NCBI RefSeq assembly: GCF_018350175.1
Contig: NC_058368.1
Location: 101,620,001 to 101,684,000, forward strand
DNA from: Felis catus
Taxonomy: Eukaryota
Length of the DNA stretch: 64,000 nt
Direction of reading: 5' to 3'
The notes below the pieces were generated by a model that saw only the letters and a program-made list of their open reading frames with translations, made no database searches and was not told where the DNA came from. The position numbers and the translations under genes were made by a program. Below, piece by piece: positions 1-13,049 of the stretch. Every line of letters begins with the position of its first letter. The stretch's first letter is position 1.

Positions 1-98
1 CTTTAACTACATCTGCAAAGACTCTTAATTTCAGATAAGGTCACATCCACAAGGTTTAGGCGGATACATATTTTGGGGGCCACTATTCAACCCACTGC
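1..98 (-). mobile_element. MLT1 (MaLR) solo LTR, partial at window edge
   Basis: ACATCTGCAAAGAC...AAGGTCACAT...GGGGGCCACTATTCAACCCACT resembles the MLT1A/B/C terminus. Confidence 0.75.
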
Positions 99-2594
99 GC
101 TTGGAAAACACATATTGGGGAACATTCTCATATACATATGTAATAAGATGATATATAGGAAAGTTGTACGCTGGATGTATGTGGAATTCTTGTGTGAGCG
201 GTAACCCCGCCTCCTTCTTGGGCTCGGATCTCCAATATAACTGAATCGTTATAGTGGTGGTTGGAAGCCAGTGGACATTTCTAAGGCCACTTAAATACTT
301 GTCTTTGTAGATTGCCAGGATCTTACATGTTGCTGTGCCTCACATACAAACTCGGAGGCCCCTGACATTGATCCTTGCCCCAACCCCATCTAAGCTTGCT
401 AAGTTCTTTTTTGCGCTTATGTTGCCAGTCCTGTGTGTGAGCACAAAACGTGACACACTGCCTGGTCCTGTAGAACTTCTCATATTCTGAGGGTCCTGAT
501 CTGATTTCATTGCCAAGTGCATATTTGCAAAAATATTTGCAAATTCTGCAGTTGTATCAAGGTTTTATTTTGCCACGGTTCCCCAAGCAAGGGGGTAATA
601 ATGATAAAACATTGGGCGTTCCTTTTGTTGAATTCAGCATCTAGGAGGTTAGGCAGCCCACCTGGGTTCACCCAGCAAATAACTGACTAGAACTAAGTTT
701 CGAATCCAGGTCTTTCGGAACCCCAGCATTTAGCCATTCTGCTGTAAGGCTCCATTGGAAAGCAGCCACTCAAACGGGCGTTGGGCTTCACCTCCACTGT
801 GTGCAAGTTTAATTGGAAACCAACAGGAGGCAGTCTGTGAGATCAGTGGACTCCTCAAAATTGAGAATGAAAGAAATTATTTTACCCAAGGGATTAATTA
901 CTTGATTAAGGAACTTTGCACAACCCTTTCATGAATGCAGTTCTTGCTTTCTGGTAACAAAGGCTGTCCTCAACTTAGATTTTTGACGCTGAGCACATTA
1001 CATCATTTCCGTAGACGGTAGGGCATTAGAAGCAACCTTGTTGAGTTAAACAGGCACGGGCGAGAGGGCAGGGGGGAACAATGAGTAAAATGAAGACCAG
1101 GTTAGGGTGTTTCCGTGAACAGCAAGAAAAGAGTTGAAATTGTACTGCGCAGCCTGAAGACACACAAAACATTTCATTTCCCTTTGCATGAAGCTGGTCT
1201 GACCTTCACAGTTCTGAAATAACAGGAAATATTATTTTTCTGGTAGCTGTACTGCATTGTAGGCAAGTAGTTAAGCAGGCTGCTCAGCGTGAATAAATAC
1301 AGTTAGGAATCGTTAGGGCAGGTTTCTATGAAGAGTGCCTGTTAAGCAGTAATATAAATGTAAGAGCTTACAGCAGAACGAAATTCATAATGTAAAGGTC
1401 AAACCTGCCTAAGAGAGACTTTTAGGTAAACTACGGGGTGAAAAGCCGATTCCCATTTTGTTTTAATAGTTAGCGGCGTATGGTGGATGAGGCGATGTGT
1501 TTCAGTCGAGTGGCTCTGGTAGCATTATCTCGTGCTTGATTCAGCAGAAATGTGCGTGACTTCTGCAGGGCTGTGAAAAATGGCTGAATTCCCTCTTCCC
1601 AAATCTGAGATTAATGACTAGAAATATTACCAACCAGGTAGGTTGTCAAAAAAAATAGCATAAGCCCTTTATAAATATATAAAGATCTATTTTCCCGTAG
1701 ATAAACGCGGGGGGATTTTAGGGGATCATTTAAGAGGACCAGTTTAGGTAATGTTGAAGTTAGCCATAGTTATTAGTTGAAAACAACTGGAGATAAGGAA
1801 CAGAGGTGCTTGTTTTACTGATTTGCCTTTTCATCTCCCGCCTGATTTTTGAGTTTGATGTGTCTCGCCTAGACTTGTTCCTAAGTAACAAGAAGAACTT
1901 TTAGGAGGAGGAGGAGATCTCTAACGTCTTATCTGGAAAGGTGGATGAGTCTTGAAAGGTGGTCATCCTTTGGGGAATTTTGTAGTTACTTATTTAATCC
2001 TTAATTTTGTCATGCATTTATTAAGCCCCAACCAAATACCAGCCACTCTTCTAGGGATGTAGAAATAAATAAAGCACAGTCACTGCCTTCAAGGCTGCGT
2101 AGAGAGCGGGGGGTGGTGTGGTGAACGAGCAGGTACACCTGTTACAATGCAGAGTGCCCAGGGAAGGCTCAGGTGAGGGTTGTGCAGAGCCCAGCTGGTT
2201 CCACCCAATCCTCAGAGGGAGGAGAGGGCGTTCAGGAAAAGCTTGTCGGGGGTGAGATTTGAGGGGAAGGTAGACGTTACTCAATCTCTGACCTGTTTCC
2301 TCTTCTGCAAAATATTGAGAAGCTAGCACCTATCTTTCAGGCGCCTGGTGAGCATGACGTAAGACGGTTTGTGTGAAAAAGCCTGGCGTGTGTGGAAACT
2401 CTGTGTTTTCATTACGAGCACTGTGGCTGGATTTCTGCTGTCTCTCTCTAGTCCTGAAACGCTTGAATCCCAAAGGAAAATTAAACTCATCATTAGAGCA
2501 ATTTCACTCTTAGGCCAGCCATGGAAAAGCACAATGTAAATTACCAGGCACTGTAAACTCATGATTTATTACTCTGAATGTGGAAAAGAAGAGC

Positions 2595-3007
2595 TGTTAG
2601 TTTCTTATTGCACTTGTAATACATTACTATAAACTTGGTGACTGAAAATGACACAAATTTATTGCCTTGTTTTTCTGGAGGACAGAATTCTAGACTCAAT
2701 CTCACTGGTAAAATCAGGTTGTTGGCTTCTTCTGGAAGCTTCAGGAGAGAATCCGTTCCTTACTCCTTCTGGCTTCCCCAGGCTGCCCCGTATCCCTTGG
2801 CTGGTGGCCACATCTCTCCAATCTTTGCTTCTGTAGACACAGTAAGGTCTCTTCATATTGACTTCCTAACTCCCTTTCATTAGGACATTTATGATTACAT
2901 AAGGCCCACCTGGATAACCCAGGATAACCCATGATTATCCCTCAAGTCCCTTTTGTGACACAAGATAACATTGACAGGTTCTGGAGGGCTGTCTTCAGCC
3001 TGCCACA
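2595..3007 (-). mobile_element. MLT1 (MLT1C/D-like) solo LTR
   Basis: TGTTAGTTTC...CACAAATTTATT...TTCTGGAGG...GGAGAGAATCCGTTCCTT...GGCCCACCTGGATAACCCAGGATAA...GCCTGCCACA matches MaLR LTR motifs. Confidence 0.8.
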
Positions 3008-3376
3008 CGATAAAAAGATCAGAAGAGACCATGCTTGCTTGCAGAGCTACTGTGTTTTGTCCCGGACACGTTGTAACTCTGCCCCCGACGTATGTGTGTG
3101 GGCCATTGTACCTAGATAGGAGGTGTCTATGAGAGCTGAGCTGTGAACATCCACCATACTGATACTCAATTTTAGCAAGTCCATAGCAGTCATGGTGATT
3201 CTCCTTGAATTTAGAATTCTGTCCCATTCCTACATACGTCTCATTTCACTGCTGTTAGATCACGGTATTTCTCAACATTTAAATTTGTTCAACAGCCACG
3301 TCGGGGGGAAGTGTCTGAAAAGAATGATGGGGCACCAGAACCGTCGGGTAACAGTTAAATTAAACGCAGTGATGTA

Positions 3377-3499
3377 GGGGCACGTGGGTGGCTCAGTGGG
3401 TTGAGTGTCCAACTCTTGATTTTGGCTCAGGTCATGATCCCAGGGTCATGGGATCGAGCCCTGCATCAGGCTCCATGCTCATCATGGAGCCTGCTTAGG

Positions 3500-3536
<37 letters not shown>

Positions 3537-3603
3537 GTCTCTCTCCCCTGCTCATGCTGTCTTTTTCTAAAAACACATATAAACAAACAAACAAATAAAT
3601 AAA
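3377..3603 (+). mobile_element. Can-SINE (SINEC)
   Basis: GGGGCACGTGGGTGGCTCAGT tRNA-like head, (CT)n linker, A-rich tail, degenerate TSD TAAAYGCAGTGAT. Confidence 0.95.
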
Positions 3604-4026
3604 TGCAGTGATATTGTTGGAGCATGATACAGTTTTGCTGAGGGAGAGTTTGTGCTGCATGTGTATGACTGAGAAAAGCAAACAATTGAGGCAGAGCTGT
3701 TTTTCCTCCATAATACTCAAGTGCAAGATACTAAAATGTATAAAGTTTTGTGAAAATTATATTAAGTAGAAGATAATCACATGTCTTATTGCTTTATGTT
3801 TCTAAAGCCAAATTAAATCTGATCCCCTGCTTACAAAGGTCGGCAAGGTATCCACCGTCAGTCATGAGGGGAAGGCCTTTCCCCACCCTGGCCTTGAACA
3901 AGTCCTTGGAAGTTTAATTGGGCCAGAAACCTGGGCTAAGAGATCTGGCTTTCTGTGAAGCAGAGCTGATCAGACACTGCCCATGGTTTCGGGCCACTTG
4001 GAACATTTAAAAATTATTTAGTGTGG

Positions 4027-4071
4027 GGGCGCCTGGGTGGCTTAGTTGGTTAAGCGTCCGACTTCGCTCAG
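4027..4071 (+). mobile_element. Can-SINE 5' fragment only (3'-truncated)
   Basis: GGGGCGCCTGGGTGGCTTAGTTGGTTAAGCGTCCGACTTCGCTCAG followed by unrelated sequence. Confidence 0.85.
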
Positions 4072-4695
4072 AGTCTCCTAAGAGATGGAGAGTTGAGTGT
4101 GCTTTCTCTTTATGCCAACGTCCCCTCCTACTTCCCCTTCCCTTGTATCACCGCAGGTAGATTGTATTTCTAAATTGCTATGGTCTATTACCTTTATGTT
4201 CTATCCTACTTTTAATTCTCACAGTCCTGACACCGATTTCTCTATTCATCTCTCAATTTATGGGAAATCATACTACAGGTGCGGTTGTAAAGAGTAGCTC
4301 AAAGGAGATACGTTCCCGATCCCTTGCCTGTTTCCTGTTAGCTGTCAATGACTTTGTACTTGACTGATAACTTGTTGAGATTGAACATTCTTGGTTTCTA
4401 TTTTCCTTCCCTGAGAACTTGGTAGATACCGCTCTGTTCCCTTCTACAGCGATCTTTTTGTTTTAAGTCTGAGGTCAGCCAAATTTCATTCTTTCTTACA
4501 GAAAAAATGGATTCTTTCTTGTCCCCTACAGAATACTCTAGCATTAAATTCCAGTAAGTTTCTCTGGTTATGTGCTGATGATTCTATAGCTACTGTTTTT
4601 CTGGTGAACAGTGTTCTAGCTTTATGTTTGATTCTTCCTTTATTTCATGAATTTTTCTTTTATCATAGCTTTGAATATTTGTCATTATGTTTCTT

Positions 4696-4898
4696 CAACG
4701 TTTATTTATTTTTGGGACAGAGAGAGACAGAGCATGAACGGGGGAGGGGCAGAGAGAGAGGGAGACACAGAATCGGAAACAGGCTCCAGGCTCTGAGCCA
4801 TCAGCCCAGAGCCTGACGCGGGGCTCGAACTCACAGACCGCGAGATCGTGACCTGGCTGAAGTCGGACACTTAACCGACTGCGCCACCCAGGCGCCCC
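4696..4898 (-). mobile_element. Young felid SINEC_Fc-type SINE
   Basis: Near-consensus body; perfect 16-bp TSD TGTCATTATGTTTCTT at 4680-4695 and 4899-4914. Confidence 0.97.
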
Positions 4899-5179
4899 TG
4901 TCATTATGTTTCTTATTTAGGATTGTCACTTACACATGTCGGGTCTCCTTTGGCTTCAGAACACTAATTTACTTTCAAATTCTCTAAAAATCTATGCCCT
5001 TTTGTGTTTCTGTGCTTTTAGAAATGGCTTTTTTTCTTTTTGATGCCTTCACTGTGACCTTCATGTAGGTAATTGTTTCATTTTTCTCTTCTTCTTTTTT
5101 TTTTGACTCTGACACATCACTTTTCATCACATTTATTTTGCGATCTTTTTCCTTGAGTTCTACAATACCTGTCTGAATT

Positions 5180-5299
5180 TTTGTTTGTTTGTTTTTAAGA
5201 TTGTATTTTTAAGTTATCACTTCACCCAACATGGTGCTTGAACTCACAACCCTGAGATCAAGAGTCACATGCTCCATCGACCGAGCCCTCCAAGCACCC
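5180..5299 (-). mobile_element. Short older Can-SINE lacking the (CT)n linker
   Basis: CTTGAACTCACAACCCTGAGATCAAGAGTCACATGCTC...GAGCC...GCACCC. Confidence 0.85.
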
Positions 5300-5667
5300 T
5301 TGTCTTGTCTGAATTCTTATTTCAGAGGGTTGTGATTTTAAAAATAGGTTATTTAAGGAGTACTATGTTTTTCATTTTTGGCCTTTTGTGTTACTGTCTT
5401 GCAAATTTTTATCTGCCTTCTGCTTGCCATATTCTTTTTCTCAGGCTTTTGGTAGTACTTTTGTTTAAGCTCCAGCTGATTTTTTTTCCTATTATTCATC
5501 TGTAATTCATCTGATTTTTTTTTTTCTATTCATCAGCAAACCTGAATCTGCTATTTGATGATGGATAGTATAGAGGAGGCTTAGGTAGAGTGTGGCATGA
5601 GATTTGAAGTTTAAATAGACCATGGCTTTTGAACATATTCTCACTAATATTCTGCCCTAGGTATTTA

Positions 5668-5912
5668 TTTTTATTTATTTATTTATTTATTTAAAAAAAA
5701 TTTTTTTTTCAATGTTTATTTATTTTTGGGACAGAGAGAGACAGAGCATGAACGGGGGAGGGGCAGAGAGAGAGGGAGACACAGAATCGGAAACAGGCTC
5801 CAGGCTCTGAGCCATCAGCCCAGAGCCTGACGCGGGGCTTGAACTCATGGACCGCGAGATCGTGACCTGGCTGAAGTCGGACACTTAACCGACTGCGCCA
5901 CCTAGGCGCCCC
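5668..5912 (-). mobile_element. Young felid SINEC_Fc-type SINE
   Basis: Near-consensus body; TSD TGCCCTAGGTATTTA at 5653-5667 and 5913-5927. Confidence 0.97.
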
Positions 5913-5979
5913 TGCCCTAGGTATTTAAATCAACTCTGAGTTAGCCACAAGTCTCTTGGCACATAGTGAAGCCACAAAT

Positions 5980-6300
5980 GTTTTCTTTCTTCCCTTCCCC
6001 TTCCTTCCTTCCTTCCTTCCTTCCTTCCTTCCTTCCTTCCTTCCTCCCTCCCTCCCTCCCTCCCTTCCTTTCTCTTCTTTCCTCCTCCCTCCCTCCCTTC
6101 CTTCCTTTTTTCCTTCCTTCCTTCCTTCCTTCCTTCCTTCCTTCCTTCCTTCCTTCCTTCCTTCCTTTCTCTTCCTTCCTCCCCCCTCCCTCCCTCCCTT
6201 CCTTCCTTCCTTCCCTCCCTCCCTCTCTCTCCCTTTCTTGCTTGTTTCCTTCCTTCCTCCCTCCCTCCCTTTCATTCTCTCTCTCTCTCTCTTTCTTTTT
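5980..6300. repeat. Compound (TTCC)n/(CTCC)n polypyrimidine microsatellite
   Basis: About 320 bp of almost pure C/T. Confidence 0.97.
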
Positions 6301-6694
6301 TACATAGTAATTTTCCCTGCATCTCTGCAAGGCTGCTTGCCCCTGATAGTTTCTCTATCACCCTGTTTAACCTACAGTAGCTCTTGAAAAGTTGGCACGT
6401 CTGTGTGCTCTCTTTTTCCACGTGATAAGATCTGCTACCCTGTCATATAAAGTAAAGTTTACAGAGGTCCCACCACTTCTTCATAAACCCACGGGCCATT
6501 CCGGTGAAGAGTGATTCTTTTTTGTCTTGGTACAGCCCACCCAGCTAGCGTGACAAACATCTCACTCTCCTTAGGGCCCGCAGTGGCTTGTGGCTCTCAC
6601 GGAGCTCTCCCCCGTTTTTGTACTATTTTCACTGCACTTGGCAACAGTTGTGGTTTCTTCATAGGTTGTGGTTTAGGGCTCTGGTTGTTTCTTA

Positions 6695-7110
6695 GTGTTA
6701 TTAATGATCTCTTGTTACGTAATAACCACCCTAAGACTTCGTGAGTTAAATCAACCGTAACTGACGGCATCTCCTGATTTCTGTTGGTGGCCTCGGCAAT
6801 ACTGCTTGTTGTCACCTGCATTCATTTATGTGGCCACAGTGACCCGGGGACTCGGTTGTGATGGCCTGGATAGCTGGGATGTCTGGGCCTCTCCACACGG
6901 TTTCTGTTCTGGCTATCTTCCTAGCAGGGTGACCTGCGTGTTCCGAGAGGATGAGCTGAGGATTCAAGGTGCCTCATGCTGAGCCTAGGAAGTCTCAGAG
7001 CAACACTTCGGTTGCATTACAGTGGCCAAAGCAAGTCAGACGACCAGCCCAGTGTCAAGGGCTGGCGAAGTCCCGCTGTGGCTGACTTCAGGTTGTGGGC
7101 GGAATTATTG
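6695..7110 (-). mobile_element. Old MLT1-type LTR remnant
   Basis: GTAATAACCACCCTAAGACTT...GCTGGGATGTCTGGGCCTCTCCAC...CACTTC...TGGCCAAAGCAAGTCA...CCAGCCCAG motifs. Confidence 0.65.
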
Positions 7111-7373
7111 TTTCTCTCCCTGGGCCAACAGTCTAACATGCTGAGGCTCATTTTTCGATTTACGTTTCTTGACCTTGTTTTTGTTTGGTTTCACAGTAAC
7201 CAAAGGAGCAGAGACCATTTTCCACTTCCCTTTACAGTCACTTGTTAATAGTCTTAATGGTGATGAATAATGAGAAAGGAAAACTCACGCTGCTGGGCCT
7301 TCTTATTAAGAATGTGGCACCTTTCAGTTTTTACTTATGAAAGACCATAAGGAATAGTTTAAGAAGCATCTCT

Positions 7374-7422
7374 ATTTAATGTTTATTTATTTATTGAGAG
7401 AGAGAGCAAGCGAGCAGAGAGC

Positions 7423-7468
<46 letters not shown>

Positions 7469-7594
7469 CCTAAGCAGGCTCTGAGTTTTCAGCACAGAGC
7501 CCGACGCGGGGCTCAATCCCATGAACCACGAGATCATGACCTGAGCCGAAATCCTGAGCCGGTGGCTCCACGGACTGAGCCACCCAGGTGCCCC
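7374..7594 (-). mobile_element. Can-SINE
   Basis: (GA)n linker and ...CTGAGCCACCCAGGTGCCCC end. Confidence 0.95.
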
Positions 7595-7879
7595 GAGAAG
7601 TGTCTCTTCTGTATACACTTACAGAAGCAGCTAACAGCTCCCAATCATAGTGCGGAGATGCCGAGACCTGAGATGGGAGGAAAGTATTTCCCAGTTTTGA
7701 TAGTATGGGATAATGAATTTTACACTGGAGGGCAGGAAGGCTGGTTTTTTCTTCCTGATTCGAATCCTACCTTTGTGATCTTAAGAAAATCAGTTCATTT
7801 TTGTCCCTCATACAGTAAAATGAGGAGATTCTGAAGCCTCAAGAACATGAAAGTAACCTACAGAGTTTGTGAAAAATTC

Positions 7880-8010
7880 AAATTCCACCCTTTTCTCCCT
7901 TGGAATTCTGACGCAGTACGTGCCAGATAAGGTCTAAGAATCCCATTGTGAATAAGCATTTTATATGATTCTTTTGCAGGTGGTCTGTTGACCACATCTT
8001 GAGAAATGCT
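7880..8010. mobile_element. MER5-like hAT-Charlie fragment
   Basis: ATTCTGACGCAGTA...AAGAATC...TGATTCT...TGCAGGTGGTCTG...ACCACATCTTGAGAAA. Confidence 0.55.
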
Positions 8011-9546
8011 TTACGCCCTAGGTTTTATAGAACTTTGAAAACCCCAGGACCAGCTCTTGCTTCCAAAATTCTGTTAATTATGAGATGTACGTTTAAAATG
8101 TATTTGTTCACGAAGCAGTGATGAGCTATGTAATTGCCTACATCATTTAGAAGGTCTGTGAGAATAAACATCCCCAGTGGGGCTCACTGCTTTCTCACAT
8201 AGCATTAGGTAAACAAAAGAAAAATTAGTGTCTCACGAACATCGTTAAACTCTGTCGAGTAAAAAAAAAAAAAAAAAAAAAAGCACGGTTTTGTCATTCT
8301 CACTTCTCTTTCACAGTTTTCTTCCCTGCCATGCAAAATGAAAGTAAGTTAACGTTACAATTAATCACAGAGATATGGGAGCCGGTCTTTAGTAAGTTAA
8401 AAATCTGTACCTCCCAGTGCCTACTATGGGAACATATGAGGCCGAGTCCCTGGGAAGCTGGTTCTCATCAGTCAGATATCCTCTCTGCTTCCAAGTTAAT
8501 TATAAGCAACGGACAATGAAAGTTATTAAAACAGTGTGTCCATATTAGGTACTAAGATTTTTGAAACAATTTCTTTATTGACATCAGAAAACAGAATTCA
8601 ATGCCATTTAACATGAAATCGTTTAAGTTCAGTGCCACCAACATATAACACTGCCACAGACTGGTTTTGAGGTTTTGGCATATGATTTACTAATAAGCTA
8701 CTACTATGGTAAAGAATATTCACTTGTAGAGCACGATTGTAGGGTTTTTTTGTTTTGGCTTTGTGGACCACGTTTTTAGCTTGAGGGCCGTTCAGAAACA
8801 GGCCAGGGGACACATTTTCCACACAGATCCTAGTTTTAAAGCCCCTGTTTATGATAAAAATGCTCGTCAAAGGCTGAGCCAGATTGATTCCAGGTTTTAA
8901 ACATTGTGTTAGTAATTTAGTTGACAACTTTATTTTTTGTTAGGGCAACTCTCTATTTGGCCACTTGATGGCAGCATTTACTACGTGCTAACATGGAACG
9001 CTGTTTTTGGGTTTTTTTTTTTTTTTTTTTTTTTTCTTCCTCCGGTTGTTCAGCCTCGTTTAACATTGGTAGTGGAAAAGATTGATAGCAATGCAAATGT
9101 ATTTATAACCACAAGAGATAGTCACCTTCCACCCCAATTAGCCTTTGCATTGATTTACTGAGGAAAAACATCTATTACCGAAAAAAGTCTTAGAGATTAG
9201 TGTTGCATTATTTTGTTACAGTTGAAATATGTAGGAAAAGTGATCTCAGAGAAGATACACTTTAATCTAACCAAAAACGTACTTTCCCAATAATTAAAAA
9301 AAAAAAAAGATACATCATTGAGAATGCAGCTGCTGTTCAGAACGCTGTACCACAATTTTCCCCCCTTAAAGCTATATACTTAGTTATTTGAATATTTTCT
9401 AATAATGAGCTTGTGTCACATTTTTAGATCTTTAAAAAGAGATTTATTCATGAGCTGTTGCTTGGATAAAGCCATTGATCTACCAAAAAAAGAAAATCCC
9501 ATTTCTCAATTTCTTTGTGAGACTATAATTATGGTTGGAACTAAAG

Positions 9547-9582
<36 letters not shown>

Positions 9583-10939
9583 AAAAGGCATGCTGACTCC
9601 TGAAATACATTTTCGCACCCCCTAAAGAATGGAGTTGCAGCCATGACTTTTTTTCTCTTGCAGAGAAAAACCTACCAGTAATGATTCTATATAAACATCC
9701 TGGCAAGCACTTTCCAGGGGAGGGTTTGCTAAGAGAACTCCTGTTTGAGATTTACATGGAGCACAAATTGGTAGAGATTTACAAGGCAGTTACGATTTAG
9801 GGTTATTGGCTGGAAAGAAGGGAATAGTATTTTTGTTTATTTTTGTTTGAAGCAATCTCCTCTTTGCCCTTGATCCCTTATTTCTCTGAAACAAGCAAAC
9901 AAACAAACAAACAAAAAAAAACATCATGGCATTTGAAAACGTTTGGTGAGGGTTTTGTTTTGTTTTGTTTTGTTTTAGCTGTTACCAGAGAAGACTCCCC
10001 ATATTATAATTTACTGCCATTTGAATTTAGATGCCAGGGTAAGGTTAAGGTGCTCAACAGAGTGTTGTATATGTGCTGCCGAAGCGAGCACTGCTCAATA
10101 GAGTGTTGTAAAGAAGGTTCTGCTGGAGTGTCGAGGCTGTGTAAATGGCAAGACAGTAACATGAGAAGTCTCGGATGATGAGCTTATACAAATATTGTCA
10201 TGGGTGTACATAAAACTATTCTGGGGGTGATTCCAGTTCTGCCATTTTCACAAGCTCAGCTCGATTTTCCTGAGCTCTGTGTGTTTATTTGCATACAATT
10301 GCACATTTCCTTCTGTTTATATACACTTGGCCATTCTGGGTCAGTAAGGAGACTTCCGTTCCTTGCCCACTCTTCCTGTAGCCCATCTCACGTTAGTGTA
10401 AAATTTTTCCTATTATTTTCTAACAAAAGCAGTGCAAGATTGCTATAGAAACCTTAGGAAATAGAGGCATGTGAAAAGTACGCAAAAACGTATCTCTTAC
10501 CCTGCTTTTGAGTTTTGTGGTCTTCTAATGACGTATATATAATACATACAAAAACAGCATGAAAATTGGACCAGCCAGTAGCTTTGTAAGAGTGTTCACA
10601 GCCCAGCCGAATACAACTTCTACGGCCACCTGGTTTACCTTTGAATTCTTTCCTTTTTCACACGAGCACGCAAATTCCTGTTTTCGTATTTGTCATTACG
10701 AGACACGTCACCTGGCTTGCACCCGTGGACAAGGAGCTCTTAACTGGTTCGGCTGTCGTCAACCACCAGGTCTGCTCGTGTACACGTGGGGATTCATAAA
10801 GAAGACGCAACTCCAGATGGCCTGATGTCAACAGGGGATAGATACTTTCAGAAGTGTATGGGAAGTGTAAGTCTGGATCTGACAGGCATAACTGCTGAGA
10901 GGTTCAGTCTCAGATGAAGTCAATGTGGAAAAGAAAAAG

Positions 10940-11630
10940 GAAATAATAGCCCCGACAGCTTCCGGGATCTGGGGCCTTTGCTGTATGGAAAGCGTGTAAA
11001 TTTCTAGCCGGCAGTTTAGAAGGGAAGGGCAAGCTTACGTGGACGCACTGGAGAGCCGGTGGTAGTTTCTTCCGCCGAGGCTGCTTTTCAGCTTGCCTCT
11101 GCTCTGGAATCCCGCGTGCCCCCCGCACAGTCCTGTGTCCCTGCGTGGCGAGGACAGGGGTTGTGAGCTACGTGCCCATAGATCCCCGGTGGGAGTCAGA
11201 ACCACCACCCCAAGCCTCTCACCGAGTTCCTAGGGGTGTGTGGGTACCTACGCACGTATGCTGAGTTTTCCCGTTAGCGTGGTTCCCCCAAAGCCTGGCT
11301 GCTGGCGCCCGAGTCACTGTTGACGGGGTCACCACCGCAAACCGTGTGCAGTCTCTGAACACGGGAACCGGGTCGGGCTAGAGTGAGGCCTGCGCCTCTG
11401 TGCTCAGCTGTGTCTCAGCTGAAGCAGAACAAAAGGGTCTCGGGCACGAGAACGAGGCCGAAACCGTGCTGGCGGTTTAGTCTGAGGGGAGGAGTGATGC
11501 AGGGGCGCCCGCCTGCCGTAACATTCGGGAAATCTCCCTAAAGGCTGAAGCCGGCTTCCCTCTGACGCGGTTGCTCAGTGGGTTTCGTCCGCCCCGTGGC
11601 CGAAAGCTCTTTTCTGGGTTGAGAACGACT
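10940..11630. promoter_or_regulatory. CpG/GC-rich island-like element
   Basis: Visibly higher CpG and GC content than the AT-rich flanks; no SINE or L1 signature. Confidence 0.45.
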
Positions 11631-12577
11631 GAGGTCTGTGTCAGCTTTCTGTTTTGTTTTGTTTTGTTGTGTTGGCATTTGCAGATTGTTCAGCACCTGT
11701 GAAATGTGTGTCTGCTCAGTAAGAAATTACCCAGAGAGTTGAAATTGGCATTGATTTTTAATTTATACAGAAGTTATTACAAATATCTATCAGTGTCAAT
11801 TAAAAGAGTTTCAGTGCCTGCAACATATAGGAAATCAAATCTCATAATTGCATTTACCGTGTGGGCAGCAGCACTGATTTCAGAGTTGAAAGGTCACTCG
11901 TGATTAGGCTCTGAGTTTAAATTACATCGCATTACATATTTTCCTTTCCCTCCTCGATTGCAAATGTGACAGATGGGAAACACTGGCACTCATTAGCATT
12001 TTCGAGTGAAAGAAATGGGATGCCTCTTTTCTGTTTGCCTTCTTTCTTGCGTCCCACCCTCCACAATCGCAAAGATAACTTGCAGGTAAAGATATCATTG
12101 TGCAGTAATGCCAACTTGAGTCATAAAAAACAAATGGGACCTTTGGCTCTGATTTATGGAAGTGACAGGAAGAGAAAGGTCGGTGCTCATTTATTATCAT
12201 ATGGTAATTTAAGCAGTGTTCTCAGATTCCGCGTCACTGTTACAGTGCTCTGTAGAAATCTTCCTAGGTTCTATTTCCCCTCTTGCACTCCCCATTCTCC
12301 ATTCTTCCTTTCACACTTCCAAGTCCATAGTGTCTAGGAATTGTGTTCTTTTTCTAGCATGTTCCAGTAAGGAAAAAACCAATTCAGTTCCGTATCTGTC
12401 TGTAATCAGTGATCTAGTGAGTTCTGGTTCGCGGATATCATCTGGTGCACGGCCACTGTCCCGGCCAACACTTCTTCGACTGCAAAATGAGGGTAATGAG
12501 CTATTTGATGTCTTTGGTTACTTTTAATTTAAAAATCCTGTGGGTCTTAGTTTCCTTTCCCTATCAAAGGGTTCACT

Positions 12578-12601
12578 TTGCTCTCTCTCTTTCTTTCTTT
12601 T

Positions 12602-12680
<79 letters not shown>

Positions 12681-12692
12681 CTCTTCTTTTCT
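12578..12692. repeat. (TTTC)n microsatellite
   Basis: Direct observation. Confidence 0.97.
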
Positions 12693-13049
12693 TGGAAAGT
12701 AAGTACAGGGAGGTCTCTCCCAGCCTTCATTTTTATCAATGGGAAGAGAAATGATGTTTTTTGTTTTTTGAGGGAACATGATTTATATTATGGAAAATGC
12801 TATTCATCATGATGTGGTAACTGCTGGAATAAAGCTGTTGTATGAACAATTCACAGGCTCGGAGTGTTCTAGTGGTTTCTTTATCATAACAATGGGTAAG
12901 ACATATGGCATGATTGAGGTGATTAGTAGGCATGAGAGAGGGCTAGCCCAGTGAAAATACTGGCCTTAATAGCGAAGAGACCCCATTGATCTCAAGCGCT
13001 ACCTAGATTTAAGTAAGTTCTTGACTTGCTTGATGTTTTGAATTTATAG

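Noticed and set aside
1569..1637. 69-nt exon-like unit (ctgcag|...CAG|gtaggt)
   Set aside because: Weak pyrimidine tract, unrecognised peptide, no supporting partner exon
3377..3470. tRNA-like A/B boxes
   Set aside because: These are SINE heads; no complete cloverleaf tRNA gene seen
4604..4904. Recurring ORFs with GAPGWLS / ERERGRHRI motifs throughout the window
   Set aside because: Can-SINE translations, not genes
5925..6387. ORFs of 113-143 aa (EGRK/PSFL repeats), and similar ORFs at 12445-12812 and 37449-37898
   Set aside because: Translations of microsatellites
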